A stretch of 58,516 bases of DNA from Candidatus Eiseniibacteriota bacterium (GTDB taxonomy: Bacteria > Orphanbacterota > Orphanbacteria > Orphanbacterales > Orphanbacteraceae): assembly GCA_043809585.1 (NCBI GenBank), contig JBDROZ010000044.1:1-58516 (forward strand), written 5' to 3'. The translations under genes were made by a program, and so were the position numbers. A model generated the notes under the pieces. The model saw nothing but the letters and a program-made list of their open reading frames with translations. It was not told the origin of the DNA and made no database searches. Below are positions 49,197 through 58,516 of the stretch, piece after piece (position 1 is the stretch's first letter; each line of letters starts with the position of its first letter).

Positions 49197-52100
49197 ATGG
49201 GCATCAACCGATTCATCGCGCCCCTTCTCTTGGCGCTCCTCCTCCTGCCCGGAGCCGCGGGCGCCCAGTACTTCGGGAAGAACAAGGTCCAGTACAGGGA
49301 CTTCGACTGGAAGATCATCAAGACCGAGCACTTCGAGGTCTTCTACTACGAGGCGGAGAAGGGAGCGGCCCTCGACGCGGCGCGGATGGCCGAACGCTCG
49401 TACCGGAAACTCTCCCGCGTCCTCGGTTACGACATGGAGCGGCCGATCCCGCTCATCCTCTACGCCTCCCATTCCGATTTCCAGCAGACCAATATCAGCT
49501 ACTCCCTGATCAGCGAGGGGACGGGCGGGCTCACGGAGTTCCTGAAGCGCCGGGTCGTCCTCCCCTTCACCGGTTCCTACGGCGACCTGGAGCACGTGCT
49601 CACCCACGAAATGGTTCACGCGTTCCAGGTGGAGATCCTCTTCGGCTCGTCCGGGAGCGTGCTCGCCAACACGGTCGGGTTCTCGCCCCCTCTCTGGTTC
49701 ATGGAGGGGATGGCCGAGTATCTCTCCACGGAGGGGGTGGACCGGCACACCGAGATGTGGATGCGCGACGCCGCGCTGCAGGGCTACCTGATTCCGATCG
49801 ACGTCCTCTCCCGGGTGGGCGACATCCGGGTCTACCGGTTCGGCCAGTCGATCTACCAGTTCCTCGGCGAAAAGTACGGCGACGAGAAAATCGGCGAGAT
49901 CCTCCGGGTGGCGCCCCGGGTGGGGGGCGTTCATCAGGCGTTCCAGTCGGTCCTCGGCATTTCGCTGAAGAAATTCTCCGACGAGTGGCTCGAGGAGGTG
50001 CGCCGCACCTACCTGCCCCAGATCGCCGACTACCAGAAGCCGGAGAAGTTCGCCCGCCCCATCACGGATCCGGAGAAGGACCTGGCCTCCCTCAACCTGG
50101 TGCCCGCCGTGTCGCCGAGCGGGGAGCGGGTGGCGTACATTTCGGACCGCTCCATGTATTCCAATATCTACCTCGCCCGGACGAGCGACGGAAAGATCCT
50201 GGACAAGCTGGTCGAGGGGGAGCGGACCGGCAGTTTCGAGTCCCTCCGCTTCTTCCGGACCTCCATCTCCTGGTCGCCCGACGAGCGGTTCCTCGCCTTC
50301 CCGGCGAAGATCGGCGCCGAAGACGCGATCTACCTCTTCGACGTGGACGAGAAGAAGGTGGTCCGCCGCCTGACCTTCGGTTTCGACGGGGTGCTCTCCC
50401 CCTCCTTCTCCCCCGGCGGGGAGCGGATCGTCTTCGTCGCCCTCGAGGGGGGGCGGTCCAATCTCTTCATCTGCGACTCGGAGGGCGGGGGGCTCCGGCG
50501 GCTCACGGACGACCCGTACACGGACTTCCACCCGACCTGGTCCCCCGACGGGCGGACCATCGCCTTCACCACCGACCGGGGCGCCGGCACCGATTTCGAG
50601 ACCCTCCGCTTCGGCAATCTTCGTCTCGCCCTCTACGACCTGGAGACCGACGAGGTCCGGGAACTGCCGAACATGGAGAGGGGGAAGAACATCGCCCCTT
50701 ACTGGTCGCCGGATGGGAAAGACCTGCTCTTCGTCTCCGACCGGGACGGCCCGTCCAACCTGTACGCCTACGAGCTGGAGACGGACCGGGTCTTCCCGCT
50801 GACGAACGTGATCAGCGGGATCACGGGGATCATTCCCGATGCTCCGCCTTTCAGTTGGTCCCGGAACGGCGAGGTGCTCGTCTTCTCCGCCTTCTCCCGG
50901 GGAACGTGGAATCTGTACACGTTGAACGACCCGCTCCGTCTGAAACGCGTGCCTCTGCGGCAAGAGGCGGCGCCCACGGGCCCGAAGACGGTCGTGGCGG
51001 CCGAATCGTCCGCGCCGATCCCGCGGGAGGAGGACGAGGCGCCCGTCCCCGCGAGCGAGGGCGAGGGAGAGACGGAGCTTCTCGCCGACCCGGGGGCCGC
51101 GGAAGAGGAAACGGCCGTGACGGCCGGGGACGATGACGGGGCTCCGCCGGAAGAGGGGCCCGACCCTCCGCCGCCGGCCGAGGAGAACCTGGTCGACCTC
51201 CGTTCGATCTTCCCCGAGGGGGAGGGGCCCGATCCGGAGCGGCTCAGTTCCTCCGCCCCCGCGGAAGACCCGGACGCCCTTCCGGACACGACCGAGTTCG
51301 AACGAAAGAAGTACAAGCTCCGCTTCACCCAGGACTTCCTCTTCGGCGGCGCCGCTTTCGGGTCGAACGTCGGATTCCTCGGGCAGAGCGCGATCTCCTT
51401 CAGCGACATTCTCGGCAATCACAACCTCAGTTTCGCCGCCGGGATCTACGGAAGCCTCTCGGACGCGGACCTCTTCTTCTCCTATTTGAATCTCCGGCGG
51501 CGGACGAATTGGGGCTTCTCCCTCTTCCAGTACCGGAACGATTACTACCTCTACACGGCCGAGACGGATGCGGAGTTCGCGAGCCAGATCTACCGGGGTT
51601 TCGAGCTGATGACGAGCCGCCCCTTCTCCAAATTCTCGCGGTTCGAGTTCGGCGTGCGGGGACAGTCGATCACGAGCAGCGTCTACGAAGAGTCCTTCTA
51701 CAATGGTTCCTACTACGAATTCAAGGAGGTCCGAGGGGATCCGCAGTATTTCGCGGAGCCGTACGTCGCCCTCGTCAGGGACAACGTGCTCTACGGCATG
51801 ACCGGGCCGATCAACGGAAGCCGGTCCCGCTATTCCATGGAGTACGCTTTCGGCGATCTCTCCTTCGGAACGGGCATCGTCGATATCCGAAACTACTACA
51901 ACATCCGCCACCGGTACACTTTTGCGACCCGGCTGATCGCGGGGGGGAGCGTGGGGCGGAACATTCAGTACTTCCGGATCGGCGGGCCCTACACCTTCCG
52001 GGGGATCGATTACGGAGATCTTCGGGCGACCCGGGTGGGCCTCGTCAATCTGGAATTCCGGTATCCCCTGATCGAGCAGCTCCGCCTCGGATGGCCGCTC

Positions 52101-52370
52101 CCCCTCGATCTCCGGGGGATCAACGGCGTGCTCTTCATCGACGGCGCCGCGGGATGGTACGGAGACGGCGAGGAGCTCGCGCCCATCCAGAACCGGCCGG
52201 TCGAGCCGATCACGGACCGCGTATTCAACGCCTACGGTTACGCCTACGGGGTGGGGGCCCGGATCAACCTCGGGTTCTTCGTGCTCCGTTACGACTGGGG
52301 GCAGCTCACCGACTTCCGGAGGAACCTCGGGCCCGGCATCTCGTTCTTCACTCTGGCCGCCGACTTCTAA
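49197..52370 (+). CDS. Omp85/BamA-TamA family protein with N-terminal zincin-like domain and PD40 (TolB-like) propeller
   Basis: QYFGKNKVQY, HEMVH...WFMEGMAEY, repeated WSPDG, FRIGG..TFRG, NLEFRYPL, C-terminal Phe. Confidence 0.85.
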   Translation: MGINRFIAPLLLALLLLPGAAGAQYFGKNKVQYRDFDWKIIKTEHFEVFYYEAEKGAALDAARMAERSYRKLSRVLGYDMERPIPLILYASHSDFQQTNISYSLISEGTGGLTEFLKRRVVLPFTGSYGDLEHVLTHEMVHAFQVEILFGSSGSVLANTVGFSPPLWFMEGMAEYLSTEGVDRHTEMWMRDAALQGYLIPIDVLSRVGDIRVYRFGQSIYQFLGEKYGDEKIGEILRVAPRVGGVHQAFQSVLGISLKKFSDEWLEEVRRTYLPQIADYQKPEKFARPITDPEKDLASLNLVPAVSPSGERVAYISDRSMYSNIYLARTSDGKILDKLVEGERTGSFESLRFFRTSISWSPDERFLAFPAKIGAEDAIYLFDVDEKKVVRRLTFGFDGVLSPSFSPGGERIVFVALEGGRSNLFICDSEGGGLRRLTDDPYTDFHPTWSPDGRTIAFTTDRGAGTDFETLRFGNLRLALYDLETDEVRELPNMERGKNIAPYWSPDGKDLLFVSDRDGPSNLYAYELETDRVFPLTNVISGITGIIPDAPPFSWSRNGEVLVFSAFSRGTWNLYTLNDPLRLKRVPLRQEAAPTGPKTVVAAESSAPIPREEDEAPVPASEGEGETELLADPGAAEEETAVTAGDDDGAPPEEGPDPPPPAEENLVDLRSIFPEGEGPDPERLSSSAPAEDPDALPDTTEFERKKYKLRFTQDFLFGGAAFGSNVGFLGQSAISFSDILGNHNLSFAAGIYGSLSDADLFFSYLNLRRRTNWGFSLFQYRNDYYLYTAETDAEFASQIYRGFELMTSRPFSKFSRFEFGVRGQSITSSVYEESFYNGSYYEFKEVRGDPQYFAEPYVALVRDNVLYGMTGPINGSRSRYSMEYAFGDLSFGTGIVDIRNYYNIRHRYTFATRLIAGGSVGRNIQYFRIGGPYTFRGIDYGDLRATRVGLVNLEFRYPLIEQLRLGWPLPLDLRGINGVLFIDGAAGWYGDGEELAPIQNRPVEPITDRVFNAYGYAYGVGARINLGFFVLRYDWGQLTDFRRNLGPGISFFTLAADF

Positions 52371-52436
52371 CCTCGAATATTCAGATGACAAACCTCCGCA
52401 GACTTCCGAATTCGAAGCCCTGAAAGGAAAGGCGTC

Positions 52437-53027
52437 ATGCCCCTGGTGCCCCCGCTGTCCCCCGACGCGAACGAAGAAGTGAAGAAGCTCGCCCGGTTCT
52501 TCGACGAGACACTCGGCTTCTGCCCGAACAGCGTGCTCACCATGCAGAGGCGGCCCGCGATCGCGAAAGCGTTCATCGAGCTGAACATGGCGGTGATGGA
52601 GAACCGGGGGCGCGTGACGAGCGCGTTGAAGCGCCTCATCGGCTACGTTTCGAGCCACGCCGCCGGATGCCGTTACTGCCAGGCCCACGCGATCCGCGCC
52701 GCCGAGCGGTACGGCGCGGGCGAAGATCAGGTGCGGCACGTCTGGGAGTACGAGACCCATCCCGCCTTCGACGAGGCGGAGCGGGCCACCCTCGATTTTG
52801 CCCTCGCCGCCTCCCGGATCCCGAACGCCGTGGACGAGGCGGTCCAAGCGCGTCTTCGAGAGCACTGGGACGACGGGGAGATCGTCGAAATCCTCGGGGT
52901 GGTCGCCCTCTTCGGCTACCTGAACCGGTGGAACGACAGCATGGCGACGACCCTGGAGGAGGGGGCCGAAGAGTCGGGGCGGCAATGGCTGATCGGATCG
53001 GGATGGGAGAAGGGGAAACACCGATGA
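52437..53027 (+). CDS. AhpD/carboxymuconolactone decarboxylase family peroxidase-like protein
   Basis: GCRYCQAH, EI..VVALFGYLNRWND. Confidence 0.88.
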   Translation: MPLVPPLSPDANEEVKKLARFFDETLGFCPNSVLTMQRRPAIAKAFIELNMAVMENRGRVTSALKRLIGYVSSHAAGCRYCQAHAIRAAERYGAGEDQVRHVWEYETHPAFDEAERATLDFALAASRIPNAVDEAVQARLREHWDDGEIVEILGVVALFGYLNRWNDSMATTLEEGAEESGRQWLIGSGWEKGKHR

Positions 53028-53070
53028 GACCGATGACCGTGCGCCCTTCCCCGCGAGAGAGGCGGGAGAG

Positions 53071-53403
53071 ATGACCCGGAGCGAAACGGCGGTCCGGTTT
53101 CTGGAGGCGTTCTGCCGGAACGATCTCGATCTCCTCGCCTCCCTCCTCACCGAAGATTTTCGCCTGCAAGGACCGTTCGGCTTCTTCCCTTCCCGGAGCG
53201 CCTACCTCGCGAGCCTGGAGGAAGACCCCCCGGAGGAGAGCGGGTTCGAGGTTCTCCGGATGGTGGATGGGGGTGAGGAAGTCTGCCTCTTCTACGAGTA
53301 CACCAAGCCCCGCGGCACGGCCCTCGTCGCCCAACTCTTCCTTTTCCGGGAGGAGAAGATCGCCGAAACGCTCCTCGTCTTGGACGGATCGTCCCTGGTC
53401 TGA
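53071..53403 (+). CDS. NTF2/SnoaL-like protein
   Basis: FLEAF...D...LL.EDF...GP; F.FREEKIAE pattern. Confidence 0.7.
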   Translation: MTRSETAVRFLEAFCRNDLDLLASLLTEDFRLQGPFGFFPSRSAYLASLEEDPPEESGFEVLRMVDGGEEVCLFYEYTKPRGTALVAQLFLFREEKIAETLLVLDGSSLV

Positions 53404-53421
53404 TCCGGCCTTCCCGTCCGG

Positions 53422-54141
53422 CTACATGGTCCGGCCGGCGAGGGCGGTCAGGTCTTCCACGCGAAGGGGCCCGCGCACGAGGAAGGGCTCTCCATAGGGA
53501 ACCTGCACCAGGGCGCCGTAGGCGCGGCAGCGCAGCTCGACCTGATCGAGAAGAGAGTCCCGCCCGTTCGAGAGGACGTCTCCCGCCTCGACGGCCCCTT
53601 CGAATTGGGAGGCGTAGGCCCGGAGCGACTCCATCTTGGCGTCGAATGACGACGTGACGTCGACGACGAGGGTGGGGGGGACGTTCAGGAAGGAGACCGC
53701 CTCGACGAGGCGCCGGGGACGGTGGGGCGCTTCATCGCCCGCGAGCTTGGCGAGACCGGAGGAGTAGCACGCCTCCCGGGCGAGTGCGAAGGCGGCGTAG
53801 TGGTCCGGATTCCGCCCGGCGGCGTGATGAAGGATCACCACGTCGGGGCGGAGGGCGCGGATCCGGGCGGCGAGGAGGAGCCGGTTCTCGACGGAGGCCT
53901 CGATCCGCCCGTCGGGGAGGCCGAGGTTCTCGCGCACGGCGAGGCCGAGGATCGAGGCGGCTTTCTCCGCCTCCTTCACGCGCGTCGAAGCGTCCCCCTT
54001 CGTGCCCGACTCTCCGGCGGCGAGGTCGATCACGCCGGCCCGCTTCCCCTCCGAAGCGGCCCGGGCGAGGGTACCGCCGGCGAGGAGCTCCGCATCGTCC
54101 GGATGGGCGAAGATCCCCAGAATGTCCAATCGTCCGTCCAT
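53422..54141 (-). CDS. bshB1: PIG-L family deacetylase, BshB1-like (bacillithiol biosynthesis)
   Basis: AHPDDAEL, GESGTKG...R..EA, NPDH, K..SL.AYASQF, YGEPF. Confidence 0.82.
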   Translation of the reverse strand: MDGRLDILGIFAHPDDAELLAGGTLARAASEGKRAGVIDLAAGESGTKGDASTRVKEAEKAASILGLAVRENLGLPDGRIEASVENRLLLAARIRALRPDVVILHHAAGRNPDHYAAFALAREACYSSGLAKLAGDEAPHRPRRLVEAVSFLNVPPTLVVDVTSSFDAKMESLRAYASQFEGAVEAGDVLSNGRDSLLDQVELRCRAYGALVQVPYGEPFLVRGPLRVEDLTALAGRTM

Positions 54142-54218
54142 CACTCCCTCCGCTCCCGAAGGTAATTCCATCCCCCCATCACAGTCAACAGAGTCGACCG
54201 ACGTGCTATCCTCGGAGA

Positions 54219-56502
54219 ATGAACCAACCTCCTGCTACCCTCCGGGCCGCCGTCACCGTCCGGGGGGCGGTGCAAGGCGTCGGCTTCCGGCCCTTCGTCT
54301 ACCGACTCGCGACGGACCTCGAGCTCACCGGATGGGTGCGGAACTCCTCCCTCGGCGTCTTCCTCGAAGTGGAAGGAGGGGAAGAGGAGGTGCGGGCGTT
54401 TCTCCTTCGACTCGAAGCGGAGAAGCCCCCCCCTCGCCGTCATCCAAGGCCTCGAAACACGCCTCTTGGACCCCGCGGGCCGCGAATCGTCCTCGATCCT
54501 CGAAAGCGACGACGCCGGAGAGAAGGGGGCCCTCGTGCTCCCCGACGTGGCGACCTGCCCCGACTGCCTGCGGGAGATCTTCGATCCCGGCGACCGGCGC
54601 CATCTCTACCCATTCACGAACTGCACCAACTGCGGCCCCCGCTTCTCCATTATCCGGTCCCTTCCCTACGACCGTTCCAAGACGACCATGGCGAAGTTCA
54701 CCATGTGTGACCGGTGCCGGGCCGAGTACGAGGACCCATCGGACCGCCGCTTTCACGCCCAGCCGAACGCCTGCCCCGAGTGCGGGCCCCGGCTCGCCCT
54801 GTGGAACGAGAAGGGCCGCGCTCTCGCGGAGCGCCGGGGCGCCCTTCTCGGGGCGGTCGCCTCGGTGAGGGAGGGCCGGATCGTCGCCGTCAAGGGTCTC
54901 GGCGGTTTTCATCTCGTCGCGGACGCCTCGAACGACGGCGCCGTGCGCCGCCTCCGGGAGAGGAAGCACAGGGAGGAAAAGCCCCTCGCGATCATGGTCT
55001 CCGATCTCGGCGCGGCTCGGGTCCTCGCGGCGGTCTCCCCGGAGGAGGCCCGTCTTCTCGCTTCGCCCGAAGCGCCGATCGTCCTTCTCCGGGCGAAGAA
55101 CGGGGGCGTCGCCCCGTCGGTCGCCCCGGGCAACCCGAACCTCGGCGTTCTGCTCCCCTACACGCCGCTCCATCACATCCTCCTCCGCGAGTTCGGAGGC
55201 GTGATCGTCGCGACGAGCGGGAATCGGTCCGACGAACCGATTTGCACCGAGGAAGAAGAAGCCCTCGAGCGCCTCGCCGGAATCGCCGACCTCTTCCTCG
55301 TTCACGACCGTCCCATCGAACGGCATGTCGACGACTCGATCGCCCGGGTCGTCCTCGGCCGGGAGATGATCCTTCGCCGCGCCCGGGGATACGCGCCCCT
55401 CCCCGTGCGTCTTCCGGCGGACGTCGGGGAGGCCCTCGCCGCCGGGGCGGAGCAGAAGAGCGTCCTGGCCGTCAGCCGCGGGAGGGAGGCCTTCCTCAGC
55501 CAGCACGTCGGCGATCTCGAGAGCGTCGAAGCCTACGACGCTTATCGCCGGACCTTTCTCTCCTTCGCCGGCCTCCACGAGATCCGCCCCGTGCGGGTCG
55601 CCTGCGACATCCACCCGGACTTCGCCTCCACCCGTCACGCCGAGGAGAGCGGCCTTCCGGTGACGCGGGTTCAACACCACCACGCCCACGTGCTTTCCTG
55701 CACCGCCGAGAATGAGTTGGAGGGGCCGGTCCTCGGAGTCGCCTGGGACGGCTTCGGTCTCGGCCCGGACCGCGGGTACTGGGGAGGAGAGTTCCTCGTC
55801 CCGGAGGGCCGGTCGTTCCGACGCGTCGCGTCCCTCCGCCCCTATCCACTGGTCGGGGGGGACGCCGCCGCCCTCACCCCTTCCCGGTCGGCGGGGGGTA
55901 TTCTTTTCGCGACGTTCCGGGAGAAGTGGATCGACATGTTTCCGGTCCGTCCCGAATGGGCGGACGCCCGCCGCTTACCGCTTCTGGAACGGGAATACGA
56001 ACTGCGGGCCGAACGGCCGAACTGCACGAGCATGGGGCGCCTCTTCGACGCCGTCGCGTCCCTTGCCGGTGTCTGCCGGGCGACCACGTTCGAAGGGCAG
56101 CCGGCGATGGCCCTCGAGTGGGCGATCGACGGCCGGGGGACGGACGAAGCCTACCCTCTCCCGATCGTGGCCGGGGAGGACCGCCTCCTCCTCGATTGGG
56201 AGCCGATGATTCACGCGATCCTGTGCGACGTGGGGAGGCGCGAGTCCCCTTCGGTCGTTTCGGCCCGCTTCCACAACGCCCTCACCCGGGCGATCGTTGA
56301 GACGGCGCGGCGGATCGGACCGGACCGAGTGGTTCTCACCGGCGGGTGCTTCCAAAACGAGTATCTTCTCAGGAGAGGTGTGGAGGCGCTCCGCTCCGCC
56401 GGTTTCCGACCTTACTGGCATCAGCGTGTGCCGCCGAACGACGGGGGCATCGCCCTCGGCCAGCTCGCGGCGCTCGCCTACCATGACTTGGAGGGTTCGT
56501 GA
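54219..56502 (+). CDS. hypF: Carbamoyltransferase HypF, frameshifted at C8 run 54426-54433
   Basis: Acylphosphatase GAVQGVGFRPFVY; Zn fingers CPDC..FTNCTNCGPR, RRFHAQPNAC; KGLGGF; QHHHAH; PPNDGGIALGQ. Removing one C restores EKPPLAVI. Confidence 0.93.
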
Positions 56503-56771
56503 TGTGTCTCGCCGTGCCCGGACGGATTCAGAGTATTCAAGGGGACGACCCGCTCATGAAGACCGGCAAGGTCGACTTCGGCGGCGTCATGAAAGAGGTC
56601 TCCCTCGCGTACATCCCCGGCGCCGCGGTCGGTGACTACGTCCTCGTGCACGTCGGATTCGCCATCAGCAAGGTGGACGAGGATGAGGCGCGGAAGACCC
56701 TCGAGCTTCTCCGGGAGATGGGGGAGATCGCCGCCCGGGAGGATGGGGAACCGGGGGAGGCGGGTCCGTGA
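56502..56771 (+). CDS. hypC: Hydrogenase maturation chaperone HypC
   Basis: [19 protein letters not shown]. Confidence 0.97.
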   Translation: MCLAVPGRIQSIQGDDPLMKTGKVDFGGVMKEVSLAYIPGAAVGDYVLVHVGFAISKVDEDEARKTLELLREMGEIAAREDGEPGEAGP

Positions 56772-57859
56772 AGCACCTCGACGAGTACCGGGACGAGAAG
56801 AGGGCGCGGGCACTCGCCGGCGAGATCCGCCGGACCCTCACGGCGCCGCGGACGATCATGGAGATCTGCGGCGGCCAGACCCACTCGATCGTCAGGTTCG
56901 GCGTCGACGAACTCCTCCCGCCGGAGATCAATCTCGTCCACGGCCCGGGCTGCCCGGTCTGCGTCACCCCGCTCGAGCTGATCGACAAGGCGGCGGAGAT
57001 CGCGGGGCGCGACAACGTCATCCTCTGCTCCTTCGGCGACATGCTCCGGGTGCCCGGCTCGAAGACCGACCTCCTCTCGGTGAAGGCGTCGGGGGGGGAT
57101 GTGCGGATGGTTTACTCCCCGCTCGACGCTTTGAAGGTCGCCCGGGAGAACCCGGAACGGGAAGTGGTCTTCTTCGCCGTCGGCTTCGAGACCACCGCCC
57201 CCGCGAACGCCTTGGCCGTGCATCAGGCGAAGGAGTCGGGCGTGAAGAATTTCACGGTCCTCGTCTCCCACGTGCTCGTGCCCCCGGCCATGGAGGCGAT
57301 CCTCTCGTCCGAGACGAACCGGGTCGAGGCGTTTCTCGCGGCGGGCCACGTCTGCGTCGTCATGGGTACCGCCGAGTACGAACCGATCGCGAAGAAATAC
57401 CGGGTGCCGATCGTGGTGACCGGCTTCGAGCCGGTCGACCTGCTCCAGGGCATCCTCCTCTGCGTGCGCCAGCTCGAGGAGGGGCGGGCGGAAGTGGAGA
57501 ATGCCTACCTCCGGGCGGTACGGCCCGAGGGCAACACCGGCGCCCAGGACCTGATCGGCCGGGTCTTCCGGGTGATCGACCGGAAGTGGCGGGGGATCGG
57601 CGTGATCCCGTCGAGCGGCTACGGACTCGCGGAGGAGTACGAAGAGCTCGACGCGGAGCGGAGGTTCGGCGTGGCCGGGATCGAGGCGGACGAGCCGGAG
57701 GAGTGCATCAGCGGGCTCATACTTCAGGGCGTGAAGAAGCCGAACGAATGCTTCGCCTTCGGAACGCGCTGCGTGCCGGAGCGTCCCCTCGGTGCGACCA
57801 TGGTCTCGTCAGAAGGGGCGTGTGCCGCGTACTACCGATACAAAGGCCGGAACTCATGA
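56768..57859 (+). CDS. hypD: Hydrogenase maturation protein HypD
   Basis: [32 protein letters not shown]. Confidence 0.97.
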   Translation: MKHLDEYRDEKRARALAGEIRRTLTAPRTIMEICGGQTHSIVRFGVDELLPPEINLVHGPGCPVCVTPLELIDKAAEIAGRDNVILCSFGDMLRVPGSKTDLLSVKASGGDVRMVYSPLDALKVARENPEREVVFFAVGFETTAPANALAVHQAKESGVKNFTVLVSHVLVPPAMEAILSSETNRVEAFLAAGHVCVVMGTAEYEPIAKKYRVPIVVTGFEPVDLLQGILLCVRQLEEGRAEVENAYLRAVRPEGNTGAQDLIGRVFRVIDRKWRGIGVIPSSGYGLAEEYEELDAERRFGVAGIEADEPEECISGLILQGVKKPNECFAFGTRCVPERPLGATMVSSEGACAAYYRYKGRNS

Positions 57860-58516
57860 ACGAGACGCCGAAGGATCTCCGCCTCACCTGCCCGATCCCG
57901 ATCGCCGACTATCCGCATGTCCTCCTCGCCCACGGGGGGGGCGGGCGTCTCATGAACCAACTGATCGGGAAGATGTTCCTCGCCGCATTCGCTGACGAAG
58001 AACTCGATCGTCGCCACGACTCGGCGGTCCTTCCGGCGCCGGGGAAGCGGCTCGTCTTCACCACCGACTCGTACGTGGTGCGGCCCCTCTTCTTTCCGGG
58101 AGGCGACATCGGTTCCCTCGCGGTGCACGGCACGGTGAACGACATCGCCATGTCCGGCGCCCGCCCCCTTTATCTCAGCGCCGGGTTCATCCTCGAGGAG
58201 GGCCTGCCGATGGAGACGCTCTGGCGGGTCGCCTCTTCCATGGCAGACGCGGCGCGGGCGGCGGGCGTCCGGATCGTGACGGGGGACACGAAGGTGGTCG
58301 ACCGGGGGAAGGGGGACGGGATCTTCATCAACACCGCGGGGGTCGGCGTACCGGTGACGGAGGAGATCATCGGCGCGGAGAGCGTCCGCCCCGGCGACGC
58401 GGTGATCCTCTCGGGTGACGTGGGGCGTCACGGGATGGCGATCATGGCGGTCCGGGAGGGGCTCGAGTTCGAGAGCTCGATCGAGAGCGACTCGGCGCAG
58501 GTGGCGGCGCCGGTGC
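57856..58516 (+). CDS. hypE: Hydrogenase maturation protein HypE, 3' partial
   Basis: [46 protein letters not shown]; runs off the window end. Confidence 0.96.
   Translation, partial: MNETPKDLRLTCPIPIADYPHVLLAHGGGGRLMNQLIGKMFLAAFADEELDRRHDSAVLPAPGKRLVFTTDSYVVRPLFFPGGDIGSLAVHGTVNDIAMSGARPLYLSAGFILEEGLPMETLWRVASSMADAARAAGVRIVTGDTKVVDRGKGDGIFINTAGVGVPVTEEIIGAESVRPGDAVILSGDVGRHGMAIMAVREGLEFESSIESDSAQVAAPV

Overview
High-GC bacterial chromosomal segment. The gene content (DUF4159/DUF4175, DUF2723, DUF4783, PD40-Omp85, bshB1) suggests an FCB-superphylum organism; this is inference. Housekeeping and envelope genes: secDF, nnr, thiL, guaB, dacA, folP, ftsH, tilS, tRNA-Met(CAT), 6S RNA, GT2/YfhO, outer-membrane proteins and hypFCDE. 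A DNA-repair operon (alpha/beta hydrolase-dinB-DUF72-mrfA-mrfB) has a LexA-type box inside its promoter. The most unusual content is non-coding: (1) two diverged copies of an unrecognised ~250-300-nt structured RNA-like element (19545-19840 and 29807-30060) with compensatory base changes, fixed spacing, a swapped 38/39-nt internal cassette and predicted pseudoknots; (2) two related MITEs with YTAR target duplications, one inserted exactly into the shared stop codons of two convergent genes; (3) two sigma54-type promoters in front of uncharacterised genes. Three genes are frameshifted at G/C homopolymers, most likely sequencing errors. No CRISPR array, prophage or transposase gene was seen.
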